From Ignavibacteriota bacterium (lineage in GTDB: Bacteria; Bacteroidota; Ignavibacteria; UBA10030), in the NCBI GenBank assembly GCA_963701295.1, contig OY969585.1:3456001-3520000 (forward strand): a stretch of DNA of 64,000 nt, read 5' to 3'. Positions 1 through 7,461 of this stretch are shown piece by piece (the first letter of the stretch is position 1; every line of letters starts with the position of its first letter). Both the position numbers and the translations under genes were made by a program. Under the pieces are notes generated by a model, which was not told where the DNA came from, made no database searches, and was given only the letters and a program-made list of their open reading frames with translations.

Positions 1-151
1 CATGAAGCACAATTATGAGCGGATATGCTGATGAACCATCATAGCACTTAGGAACATAGAGAAGGTAAGATCTATTATTGATAAAATGCTCCTGCGCCAA
101 AAGCTGGGAGAAGGAGAGGTAAGTTACAAGAATGATTAAAATAGTTTTCAT
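1..151 (-). CDS. Secreted esterase, PHB-depolymerase/LpqC-like (5' part only; runs off the window); second gene cassette
   Basis: Manual translation from ATG at 151: MKTILIILVTYLSFSQLLAQEHFINNRSYLLYVPKCYDGSSAYPLIIVLH. Signal peptide plus the YLLYVP...PLIIVLH(G) motif. Lies immediately after an attC R' site. Confidence 0.6.
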   Translation of the reverse strand, partial: MKTILIILVTYLSFSQLLAQEHFINNRSYLLYVPKCYDGSSAYPLIIVLH

Positions 152-189
152 AATCTATATTTCTTTCTTGAGTTGTTAAGAGCAATTGC

Positions 190-376
190 GCCTAACGGAT
201 TGTGGCTAAGCTGCCGCACTGATAATTTTCAAAATACACAAAACGAAACAAGTTCATTGTAAGTACTTTCAAATTAAACCGAAACCTATGTCAGCCTTGC
301 TTAACGTACCCATTTACCCGCCATGCTTTATCTTTGGGCGGGCGCTCATTCCGTCAGCTTGAGTTGCTGGTTAGCT
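190..376 (-). other. attC recombination site (integron cassette site, about 187 bp)
   Basis: On the minus strand: R'' AGCTAAC (376-370), L'' CTCAAGCTGACG, AT-rich variable region, L' GCAGCTTAG, R' GTTAGGC (196-190). L'' carries the extra unpaired C. Site starts 8 bp after the stop codon at 385. Confidence 0.85.
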
Positions 377-938
377 GGGCGGCATTAGAAACAGATGCCT
401 ATACTACTGCCAAACCACAACTTGAATAATCCAGTGTATGGAGAAAGAAACGGTGTTGCGAATAACCGAAAATGTATTCCACCATCTGATGGTTGATAAC
501 GGTATCCAAGCGAACCAACAAATACAACACCTGAACTAGAACTGTTGGTTTTAACTTGCGATATATCACCTGAGGATTCTCCGTTGGATATCAGATAGTC
601 CATTCCCGCCCCGATTTCAAATTTGCTATTTCCATTCCCAAGTAAATAGTTGAAAATGATTGGGACGATATAAATCGGTACTGTGATCTCTTCCACTGTT
701 AAAATTGAGATCGAATATTGAAAGCCCAACGCGGATGGTAAAGTCATTCGAAACAAATCGCTCATAATTTACCGAATAGAAAACACCAGATCCAAAAGCT
801 TCCACATAGATTGCATTCCGTGAATCAGGAGACTGAGACAAACTTGGAGTGGATAGAACTATAATCCCTATACCAGCAAGTATGACTATTCTATAGAAAG
901 ATTGAAATATCATCATAATTATTTTGCCGCCCAGCTAA
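196..938 (-). mobile_element. Complete integron-type gene cassette
   Basis: Begins after G|TTAGCTGGGCGGCA (939-925) and its own R'' region is TGCCGCCCAGCTAAC (384-370), a perfect 15-bp complement as expected for a circularisable cassette. The single gene starts about 20 bp from the crossover with no room for a promoter. Confidence 0.85.
385..916 (-). pseudogene. Outer-membrane beta-barrel-like secreted protein, frameshifted near 670-690
   Basis: ORF 626-916 gives the signal peptide and NAIYVEAFGSGVFYSVNYERF. ORF 385-765 continues with IVPIIFNYLLG...SLGYRYQ...WFGSSIGICF, ending in Phe with an alternating beta-strand pattern. The frameshift may be an assembly error. Confidence 0.65.
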
Positions 939-1096
939 CGGATTGGCGCTAAGCTGCGGTGCTGAAAACTATGGGAACAAAAAGGACAAACAAATTGAGC
1001 GACCCCTCTCCGAATTCGCCAAAGCCAATATATTTACTCAAAATCTACAATATCTACTTTCCAATAGCAAACAAAAACCCCAACGCATAACGTCAG
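933..1096 (-). other. Truncated attC site (R' and L' intact; R'' and most of L'' missing)
   Basis: Minus strand CCGCAGCTTAGCGCCAATCCGTTAGCT matches the 3' arm of the 190-376 site. Only CTGACG (1096-1091) of the 5' arm remains, at a similar distance from R'. Confidence 0.7.
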
Positions 1097-1129
1097 GGTT
1101 CATGGGAAGCTCAAAGTCGCGCCAACATT

Positions 1130-2464
1130 CTATTTTTTTGATTTCAGTTTTTCAATCTCACTTACTAATTCAGTTTGCATCTGTTCATACTTATCGAGTT
1201 TATCTTTTAGCTCTTGAATAGCTTTTACCATTACAGGCAGGAGATTGCCCGGTGTTGCTTCAAGTTTCTCGGGATTATTTTTAAGAACAAGATCAAGCCA
1301 GTCGGCATTCTCTTTGGTCTGGACTTCATCAAGCTCTTGTGCAATGAATCCCGCACTCGGCATTTTCTGCATCTTACTTCCATCTGATTTATTGTCTTTA
1401 TACCACTCTCTTTTATCCCAGTTAAACAGTCGAGGTCTCAATTTCATTAAGAAATCAATTCCTAAGCTGAGATCATGAATATTTTTCTTATCTCGTGCAT
1501 CCGATAAGGCAGAAATGGATGTTACCTGACATCGAAGAGAAGTAATATTGCCATCGCCAAGTGTAATCTCATTAGATATGGTTCTTGCAGACGGCTGGGC
1601 ATTGTAACCAATTACAGTATTATTTGAGCCGGTGGTAATAATATTACCTGCATTATGCCCCAATGCTGTGTTAGCATAGCCGGTTGTGTTGAAATATAAA
1701 GATAACATTCCCAGTGCTGTGTTATAATAGCCGATCGTGTTGGAATATAAAGATACATCCCCCTCTGCTGTGTTATAATTGCCGGTCGTGTTGGGAGATA
1801 AAGAATTATACCCCACTGCTGTATTATCATGGCCGGTCGTGTTGTTAGCTAAAGAAGAAAAACCCACTGCTGTGTTATCAACACCGGTCGAGTTGGAAGA
1901 TAAAGAAGACACCCCCACTGCTGTGTTATAATTGCCGGTCGTGTTGGAACCTAAAGAAAACGTTCCTACTGCTGTGTTATGATAACCGGTCGTGTTGAAA
2001 CCTAAAGATGACAACCCCACTGCTGTGTTATAATAACCGGTCGTGTTGGAATATAAAGAAGACACTCCCACTGCTGTGTTATAATAGCCGGTCGTCAGGC
2101 TTTGAAGCGAGCTAAAGCCAATTCCGGTATTATCGCTTGACTGGCTACCGGTACCTGACATTGTGAAATTTCCTGAATTAATGCCAACAAATGTATTATA
2201 ACCACTGGTTCCGGAAGGCGCAAAATCGTGTATGAATCTGTTTCCACCTTTCATAATAACCCCGAGTGATGAGCTGGTTGTATTCAGCAGGGATAGGTTC
2301 TTGTTCAAAGATAAAAGTCCGTCCGATTGACTTAAAGTTAAAAAAGTCGTCGTATTATCTTTGATACTGAATAATCCTGTAGAACCAAGCGTGTTGGTTA
2401 TATTTTGAGAATATACCGGCAGGGCACATACTGCCAAAAGCAGAATGACTGTAATTGTTTTCAA
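1130..2464 (-). CDS. Secreted 17-aa repeat protein with C-terminal peptidase S74 intramolecular chaperone domain (tail-fibre-like trimeric adhesin)
   Basis: Signal peptide; repeats NTTGxxNTAVGxxSLxx; SDARDKKNI...GFIAQEL...VKAIQEL chaperone motif followed by a coiled coil; AGGAG RBS before the TTG start. Confidence 0.85.
   Translation of the reverse strand: MKTITVILLLAVCALPVYSQNITNTLGSTGLFSIKDNTTTFLTLSQSDGLLSLNKNLSLLNTTSSSLGVIMKGGNRFIHDFAPSGTSGYNTFVGINSGNFTMSGTGSQSSDNTGIGFSSLQSLTTGYYNTAVGVSSLYSNTTGYYNTAVGLSSLGFNTTGYHNTAVGTFSLGSNTTGNYNTAVGVSSLSSNSTGVDNTAVGFSSLANNTTGHDNTAVGYNSLSPNTTGNYNTAEGDVSLYSNTIGYYNTALGMLSLYFNTTGYANTALGHNAGNIITTGSNNTVIGYNAQPSARTISNEITLGDGNITSLRCQVTSISALSDARDKKNIHDLSLGIDFLMKLRPRLFNWDKREWYKDNKSDGSKMQKMPSAGFIAQELDEVQTKENADWLDLVLKNNPEKLEATPGNLLPVMVKAIQELKDKLDKYEQMQTELVSEIEKLKSKK
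1589..2098 (-). repeat. About 10 x 51-bp intragenic tandem repeat
   Basis: Unit AAC ACG ACC GGY NNT NNT AAC ACA GCA GTG GGN NNN NNN TCT TTA NNT NNC recurs with a 51-bp period; the last units are more diverged. Confidence 0.9.
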
Positions 2465-2760
2465 TTTTAATTCTCCTTCTGATTAATATAATTTATGTTT
2501 TTGTGATATTGCGGCGATTTGATTGAGTGTTTCCTTTTTTATTTTGAACTGTAAATCATTTCTCCCTTGTATGACACTCTTCATCGACTGGAGATATTTA
2601 TGCCTATTTACCTTGCAGCATAAGTTATTTGAAACGAAATAATGAAGAGAGGAGTGAATGAGTAGATTTACAGATCGGATAGTAGCACCTTAGCAACACA
2701 CCGACTCATTACTGCCCCATTGAACCTGAATGATCGCTGCTTTAATGGAATTCCGTATAT

Positions 2761-2789
2761 AACATACAACACTTCTTATGATGTGTCAA
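2761..2789 (-). promoter_or_regulatory. Putative sigma70 promoter for the S74 gene (about 290-nt leader)
   Basis: TTGACA-17bp-TATGTT on the minus strand. Confidence 0.5.
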
Positions 2790-2864
2790 TAAAAATATTT
2801 CAAAATTCTCGCCCAAATATTCTTACGAAGTATTAAAAGATTTCTCCATGTTGAAATAGCTATC

Positions 2865-2890
2865 AAGCCCCGTCATCGATGGGGCTTTTT
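2865..2890 (+). terminator. Rho-independent terminator-like hairpin
   Basis: AAGCCCCGTC-ATC-GATGGGGCTT followed by a T run, then TTGACT-18-TATTAT (2892-2921). Confidence 0.6.
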
Positions 2891-3027
2891 ATTGACTTGA
2901 CCTCCAAACGATTGATATTATCTCTAAAATCGGTATAGGGTATATCCTAACAACAAATCATCCCTCTGCTGATACCTATTTCACAATTTAAATAGCACTT
3001 TGTTTTCATAATTATACGGAGGTTCCA

Positions 3028-3132
3028 ATGAAAGGAAGTATGCTTTATTTTTTGTTGTCTGCCCTTTTATTTTCGGTTGTTTATACTCAGGTTAAAAAGC
3101 AAAGCAATAAACCCGACGAGCTTTTTATTTAG
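3028..3132 (+). CDS. 34-aa small hydrophobic ORF or signal-peptide gene remnant
   Basis: GGAGG RBS, then MKGSMLYFLLSALLFSVVYTQVKKQSNKPDELFI*. Below the ORF-track size cutoff. Confidence 0.45.
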   Translation: MKGSMLYFLLSALLFSVVYTQVKKQSNKPDELFI

Positions 3133-3180
3133 AAATGGTGATACCAGTTCCGTCATCACCGACGGCGTTTTTATTCGGTA

Positions 3181-3252
3181 GTTCGAACCAGAAGCGGCGA
3201 TAGTTGCCGCTTTTATTTACTGGTTGACATCATTGCATATTTGGTGTATTAT
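3181..3252 (+). promoter_or_regulatory. Hairpin repeat copy 1 fused to a near-consensus sigma70 promoter
   Basis: AAGCGGC-GATAGTT-GCCGCTT-TTATTT terminator-like hairpin, then TTGACA (3224-3229), 17 bp, TATTAT (3247-3252). Confidence 0.7.
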
Positions 3253-3295
3253 TTCACATTAATGAAATCACGAATATTTTAAATCTTCTTCAGGT

Positions 3296-4000
3296 ATGAA
3301 ACTAACCGAATTCAAGAGATATCTTCTCATCGTTTGCCTGGCGGTTTTTGCTATAGAATCCTGCGACAGCCAACCGTCCACGCGCATCCTGTTCATTGGC
3401 AACAGTTACACATTCATTAACGGCGGTCTCGACAAACAATTGAAAAGACTGGCTCCTTCAATTGAAACAGAGTGCATTGCTGTAGGTGGATACACTCTTG
3501 AGAATCATTGGACTAATGGCGATGCTGTCCGAATAATTCGTGAGGGCAAATGGGACTATGTCATTTTGCAGGAACAAAGCCAAATCCCAGTCATTAATCA
3601 GAAAAAGTTCTACGACTTTGCGAGAAAGTTCGATGAGGAAATCCGACGCAATGGTGCAAAGACCATCCTCCTCATGACATGGGAACGGCCCGATAGTAGA
3701 GAATTAGGAGTCACGACGGACAACTTGACGGCAACTTATGCAGCTGTTGGGAAGGAACTAGACGTCAAGGTAGCCCCAGCAGGACTAGCCTTCGCACGCG
3801 CCATTCGTGACAAGCCCGAACTTGCACTGTACAGTCAGGACGGACATCCAACCGTGGAGGGAACTTACTTGGCAGCATGTGTGCTTTATCAAACAATATT
3901 TGAAAACAGTCCTGTTGGAAATCCGTATTCGGAGAGATCTATTCCCGCTGAAATGAAAGCTTATCTACAAGGAATAGCCGCAGAAAATTCTGGAATGTGA
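3296..4000 (+). CDS. SGNH/GDSL hydrolase (DUF4886-like), exported
   Basis: Signal/lipoprotein-like N terminus; ILFIGNSYT block I; WDYVILQEQS; DGHP catalytic motif. Confidence 0.85.
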   Translation: MKLTEFKRYLLIVCLAVFAIESCDSQPSTRILFIGNSYTFINGGLDKQLKRLAPSIETECIAVGGYTLENHWTNGDAVRIIREGKWDYVILQEQSQIPVINQKKFYDFARKFDEEIRRNGAKTILLMTWERPDSRELGVTTDNLTATYAAVGKELDVKVAPAGLAFARAIRDKPELALYSQDGHPTVEGTYLAACVLYQTIFENSPVGNPYSERSIPAEMKAYLQGIAAENSGM

Positions 4001-4026
4001 CTCAACATTTATAGCTGTTTATTTTT

Positions 4027-4076
4027 GCTTGAACTAGAAGCGGTGATGTGTGCGTTGCCGCTTTTTTTCTGGTTGA
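4027..4076 (+). repeat. Hairpin repeat copy 2 (direct repeat of 3181-3228); terminator-like
   Basis: GCTTGAACTAGAAGCGGTGA...GTTGCCGCTTTTTTTCTGGTTGA versus GTTCGAACCAGAAGCGGCGA..GTTGCCGCTTTTATTTACTGGTTGA. Confidence 0.75.
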
Positions 4077-4133
4077 AGTTTGAATAAATAAAGTGTAAAG
4101 TTCCAATTGTCAAATTAAGTAGGCGCTCGTCTG

Positions 4134-5312
4134 ATGATGGAGGTTAGAATGGAACTACCAAAAACGTACCGCTGCTCAAAACTGCTTGCCGTTATCTTCT
4201 TCGTTGTTATGTTGTTCCCGATTGCTATTTTTATTTCTGTAACCTGGAAATCTCTCTTTGAAAGGTCATGGGATATATTGCCGGCACTAGGATTCCTGAT
4301 CCTTATGATAGGTGTGCTGATTGTTCCGAGAATCATTCAAGTATTGAGAAGTTATCTACGAATAGAAAACGACCGATTCATCCTCAGAACCTTGGGGCAA
4401 CCAAAAGAAATTCTATTTCCCCAAATTAAAGGGTACCGCATTGCCGAACGACAACCAATGCGTCTTGTGTTGAAGGACGAAGCGATGAAAGATGTGGTTA
4501 TACAAAAAACCTTTAATGATTTTCAAGAGATTAAAATATTCATTGCAGAAAAATTTGTTGATCTGGACGAGTTAGAAGCAAAAGAAGAAGAGAAAAGAAT
4601 TCTTGAAAATACGGAATTAGGACTTACAGAAGGTGAACGAAAGGTGTCCTTAAAGAAAGCAAAAGTGATTGTTCAGGTACTCATCTATGGAAGCCTCGCT
4701 ATTTCTGCTTGGGTACTGTATCCCAAACCATATACCGTAGCGGTTACGATCTGTGCTGTTTACCCAATGTTAGTGCTTTTTTATATGGTATACGCAAAAG
4801 GATTGGTAGGATTTTCGGTTCGTCCAAAAAGTCCAAAACCCTCTGTGATTCGCGCAATATTATTTCCTGTGATTGCATTGAAAGTAAGGACAATCGTCGA
4901 TTATGATTTTATTTCCTATGAAGAGCTCTTCGTTTATTCAGCCGCGATAGCAGCGATGACGGGACTGACGATAGCACTTCGTGTAGAAAATATTCGCAAG
5001 AAAAGAGACGAACTATTCTTTGGAGTTTTACTCTCAGGAGCATATGCCTTTGGAGTGTTGTCGATGGTGAATTGCGTTTATGATCCTTCTGTATCACAGG
5101 TATATCATACGACAGTATCCCAGAAAACAATAAGTCATGGACGGTCGACGAGTTATTACATCTGGATTCCTCCAATCGGTCCTATTCAAGAAGAAAAAAA
5201 GATTTCCGTATCACGTAGAATGTATGATAACATTCAGATAAAAGAACCTATCAATTTACACGTGAAAGCAGGCACTTTGGGAATGTCGTGGATTTACTTG
5301 TCAAAACAGTAA
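4134..5312 (+). CDS. Hypothetical multi-pass membrane protein (N-terminal TM pair + PH-like domain, C-terminal TM bundle)
   Basis: 392-aa ORF with about 7 hydrophobic segments; GGAGG precedes the ATG near 4149. Confidence 0.7.
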   Translation: MMEVRMELPKTYRCSKLLAVIFFVVMLFPIAIFISVTWKSLFERSWDILPALGFLILMIGVLIVPRIIQVLRSYLRIENDRFILRTLGQPKEILFPQIKGYRIAERQPMRLVLKDEAMKDVVIQKTFNDFQEIKIFIAEKFVDLDELEAKEEEKRILENTELGLTEGERKVSLKKAKVIVQVLIYGSLAISAWVLYPKPYTVAVTICAVYPMLVLFYMVYAKGLVGFSVRPKSPKPSVIRAILFPVIALKVRTIVDYDFISYEELFVYSAAIAAMTGLTIALRVENIRKKRDELFFGVLLSGAYAFGVLSMVNCVYDPSVSQVYHTTVSQKTISHGRSTSYYIWIPPIGPIQEEKKISVSRRMYDNIQIKEPINLHVKAGTLGMSWIYLSKQ

Positions 5313-5477
5313 TCACAGGATTAATCCACCCTGGAATCTTTTTTCTGAATTATAGCGATTTGGGGTTGTTGAAGTCGTTACGAGTTCGGGATGTTTTTAA
5401 ATTTTATAGCGATTGAACGGTTTTCGGTTGGGGAACCCGCAATTCGTCATTTCGACAACATCATAGATAGTGACGAG

Positions 5478-5603
5478 ATGGCAAGATGTATATTGCCATA
5501 TTGCCAAAGGGCAAAACTGTATGGCAAGATGACAAGATGGCGAAATGTGTTTTGACATTGCCAAGTGTTCTATAGGGTATGTGGCAAAGTGGAAATGGCA
5601 AAG
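5478..5603. repeat. Cluster of about 12 TGGCAA/TTGCCA-like motifs in both orientations
   Basis: ATGGCAAG-ATGACAAG-ATGGCGAA 8-bp tandem at 5521-5544; further copies at 5478, 5493, 5501, 5509, 5558, 5581 and 5595. Confidence 0.8.
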
Positions 5604-5674
5604 TTCGTATTTCATTCCCCCTGTTGCTCCTGCTCGCTGAACACGAATCTGTATGTGCGTGTTGGTTGCAGGTT

Positions 5675-6704
5675 CGGTTCAAATTTAAGGTCATTTTGTT
5701 CACCGTCCCATGTAGCTGCTCAGGCTGCAGGTGACTGTATACCTGCGTCATTTGGCTTGAAGAGTGCCCAAGTAATTTCTGCACCTCGTAAAGTGAAGCC
5801 CTAACTTGACAAGGTTAAAAGCAAAGGAATGTCTAAGACTGTGAAAGTGCAAACGTTGGTCGAGCTCTGTCTCCTTCACATACGTCTTAATTTTTTTCGA
5901 GATGTAATCCTTGCTTAGCTTGCTTCCATTGAGATGGAATACCAGAGAGGTCTCACTTTTCGCTTTGCTAAGTCTTTCCTCAAGCATCGTGGAAAGTATA
6001 TCACACATTGGCACAATTCGGTTTCGTTTGGTCTTGATGGAAAAAGATTCTTTGTTTTGGACAAATATAACTTTGCAAGTGATATCGATATCGGACCACT
6101 CCAAGGATGATAGTTCCGAAAGTCTCATACCTGTCAAGAAAGCCATTATGACAAGCTCTCGGAAATCTTGATCATTGATTGTCTCGATGAAGATTGAGAA
6201 TTCTTCACTGGAAAAGTAAACAGGACTGATTTCCTTCGTCTTTGGCTTTGCCACTTTTACAAATGGATTCTCTGTTATTAGATTCCAACGTTTTGCAGTT
6301 TCAAAAACACTTCTAAGGCAAATATAAACACATCTCGCCCTCCATTCACTTGCATCTTTTGTTTTGGTGGCAAGTATCTTCTCCACATCTCTAATTGTGA
6401 CCTGATGAAGTGAAATGTCTCCAATAATTTCGCGGAAGTCTTTTAATGCGTATTTATATCCTTCATGAGTTCTTACCTTGTGGATTGATGCTGAATAGAT
6501 AAGATAATCAGCTTCAAATGATGAAAAGGATTTGTAGGTATCCCTCACCTTAAAAAGCTCCTTAAAATTACTGAGAGCCTTCAATGTATCGGTTTTGAGA
6601 AAAGCCTTAGTCGATTTCCAACGTTTGCGTCCATCTTCGACATAAATGATATACCATAAACCGTTGGAACGTTTGAAGAGTGAAAACTGAATTGCTTCGG
6701 ACAT
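5675..6704 (-). pseudogene. Tyrosine recombinase/phage-type integrase, frameshifted before the catalytic Tyr
   Basis: N-terminal arm-binding-like domain, TGMRLSEL, HSLRHSFA. The C terminus VQKLLGHSSSQMTQVYSH is in another frame; adding one G at GGG near 5799 restores VKLGASLYEVQKLLGH. 3' end approximate. Confidence 0.85.
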
Positions 6705-6718
6705 CGCTTCGCCTTTCA

Positions 6719-6740
6719 GTTAGCAATTCCGTTAGCAATT
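6719..6740. repeat. Tandem GTTAGCAATT x2, candidate integrase arm-type sites
   Basis: Perfect 10-bp direct repeats at 6719-6728 and 6731-6740, between the tRNA 3' end and the integrase start. Confidence 0.55.
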
Positions 6741-6760
6741 TATCGATAAGGAATAAAAAG

Positions 6761-6846
6761 TGAGGATATTGAGCGGATTCGAACCCCCAAGGGCTTACGC
6801 CCGCCAGTTTTCAAGACTGGTGCAATAGCCGTTCTGCCAGCTCTCC
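6761..6846 (-). tRNA. tRNA-Ser(UGA) with degenerate 3' acceptor strand
   Basis: GGAGAGC acceptor 5' strand, D arm, CCAGT-CTTGAAA-ACTGG anticodon arm, long variable arm GGGC-GTAA-GCCC, GGGGG-TTCGAAT-CC. The 3' part reads GCTCAATATCCTCA instead of the expected (CYC)GCTCTCCG. Confidence 0.85.
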
Positions 6847-6955
6847 AATCAAATTTTTTCAATTGACATTTGAATCTTCTCTATGGTTAAGATAAGGAAA
6901 GATGATGCCTGAATCAAGAATAGAAGACGTAAGCGACATCTATGGATTCATTCAA

Positions 6956-7414
6956 TCAAGGGATATCTGACTGCTTTTTTAGCGTGCGCCGTAATCGATA
7001 GAATGTTATACTAATTCCTTGTCCTAGGATACCGCCTACAATATCTATTCCTACATCCACAACGGAAGATGTACGCGATACCACAAATGACTGATGGTAT
7101 TCGTCTGTTACCGCAACGAAAATTACAATCATCAACGAATAAAATACCCATCGCCAATGTCTTTGAAATTGAAGAGTATTACGAAAAGAATGAAAAAGCA
7201 AGAGACTCGTGATGCAATACTCAGTCACATGGGCTGATTTACGGACAAAAAAATGAATGACATCAAATTCTCTCGCAGTAATATGAGGTACAAGGAAGCG
7301 AAGGAGAGGTTCAAGAATTCGAGAAGTATTCTCTGCTGAAAAATATTCAGTTGATAGAAAAAAAATACAGCAAATCCAAAGAACGACTGGTATCCAGTTT
7401 TTTATACTTTGCAT
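6956..7414 (-). CDS. VanZ family membrane protein
   Basis: RKSAHVTEY, DEYHQSFV..R and DVGID motifs. Confidence 0.9.
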   Translation of the reverse strand: MQSIKNWIPVVLWICCIFFLSTEYFSAENTSRILEPLLRFLVPHITAREFDVIHFFVRKSAHVTEYCITSLLLFHSFRNTLQFQRHWRWVFYSLMIVIFVAVTDEYHQSFVVSRTSSVVDVGIDIVGGILGQGISITFYRLRRTLKKQSDIP

Positions 7415-7461
7415 AGTTTTATGTACTTAGGAATAATAATAAAATTTTTTATTGTTCGCAG

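Larger units (their letters stand above)
1..6780. mobile_element. Integrative genomic island at tRNA-Ser (left boundary outside the window)
   Basis: Integrase abuts the tRNA 3' end; accessory cargo, attC cassettes and long AT-rich spacers; housekeeping genes resume on the other side of the tRNA. Confidence 0.7.

Noticed and set aside
943-1221. 92-aa plus-strand ORF
   Set aside because: Runs through the attC remnant and antisense to the end of the S74 gene; no RBS
1589-2098. CRISPR array
   Set aside because: In-frame 51-bp coding repeats with no unique spacers and no cas genes
5461-5784. 107-aa ORF as an independent gene
   Set aside because: Its first 36 or so residues are the frameshifted integrase C terminus; the rest is read-through into the repeat tract
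5748-6704. Integrase as the integron integrase IntI
   Set aside because: Phage-type N terminus, tRNA-adjacent, about 4.6 kb from the array, same orientation as the cassettes, and no IntI-specific insertion recognised
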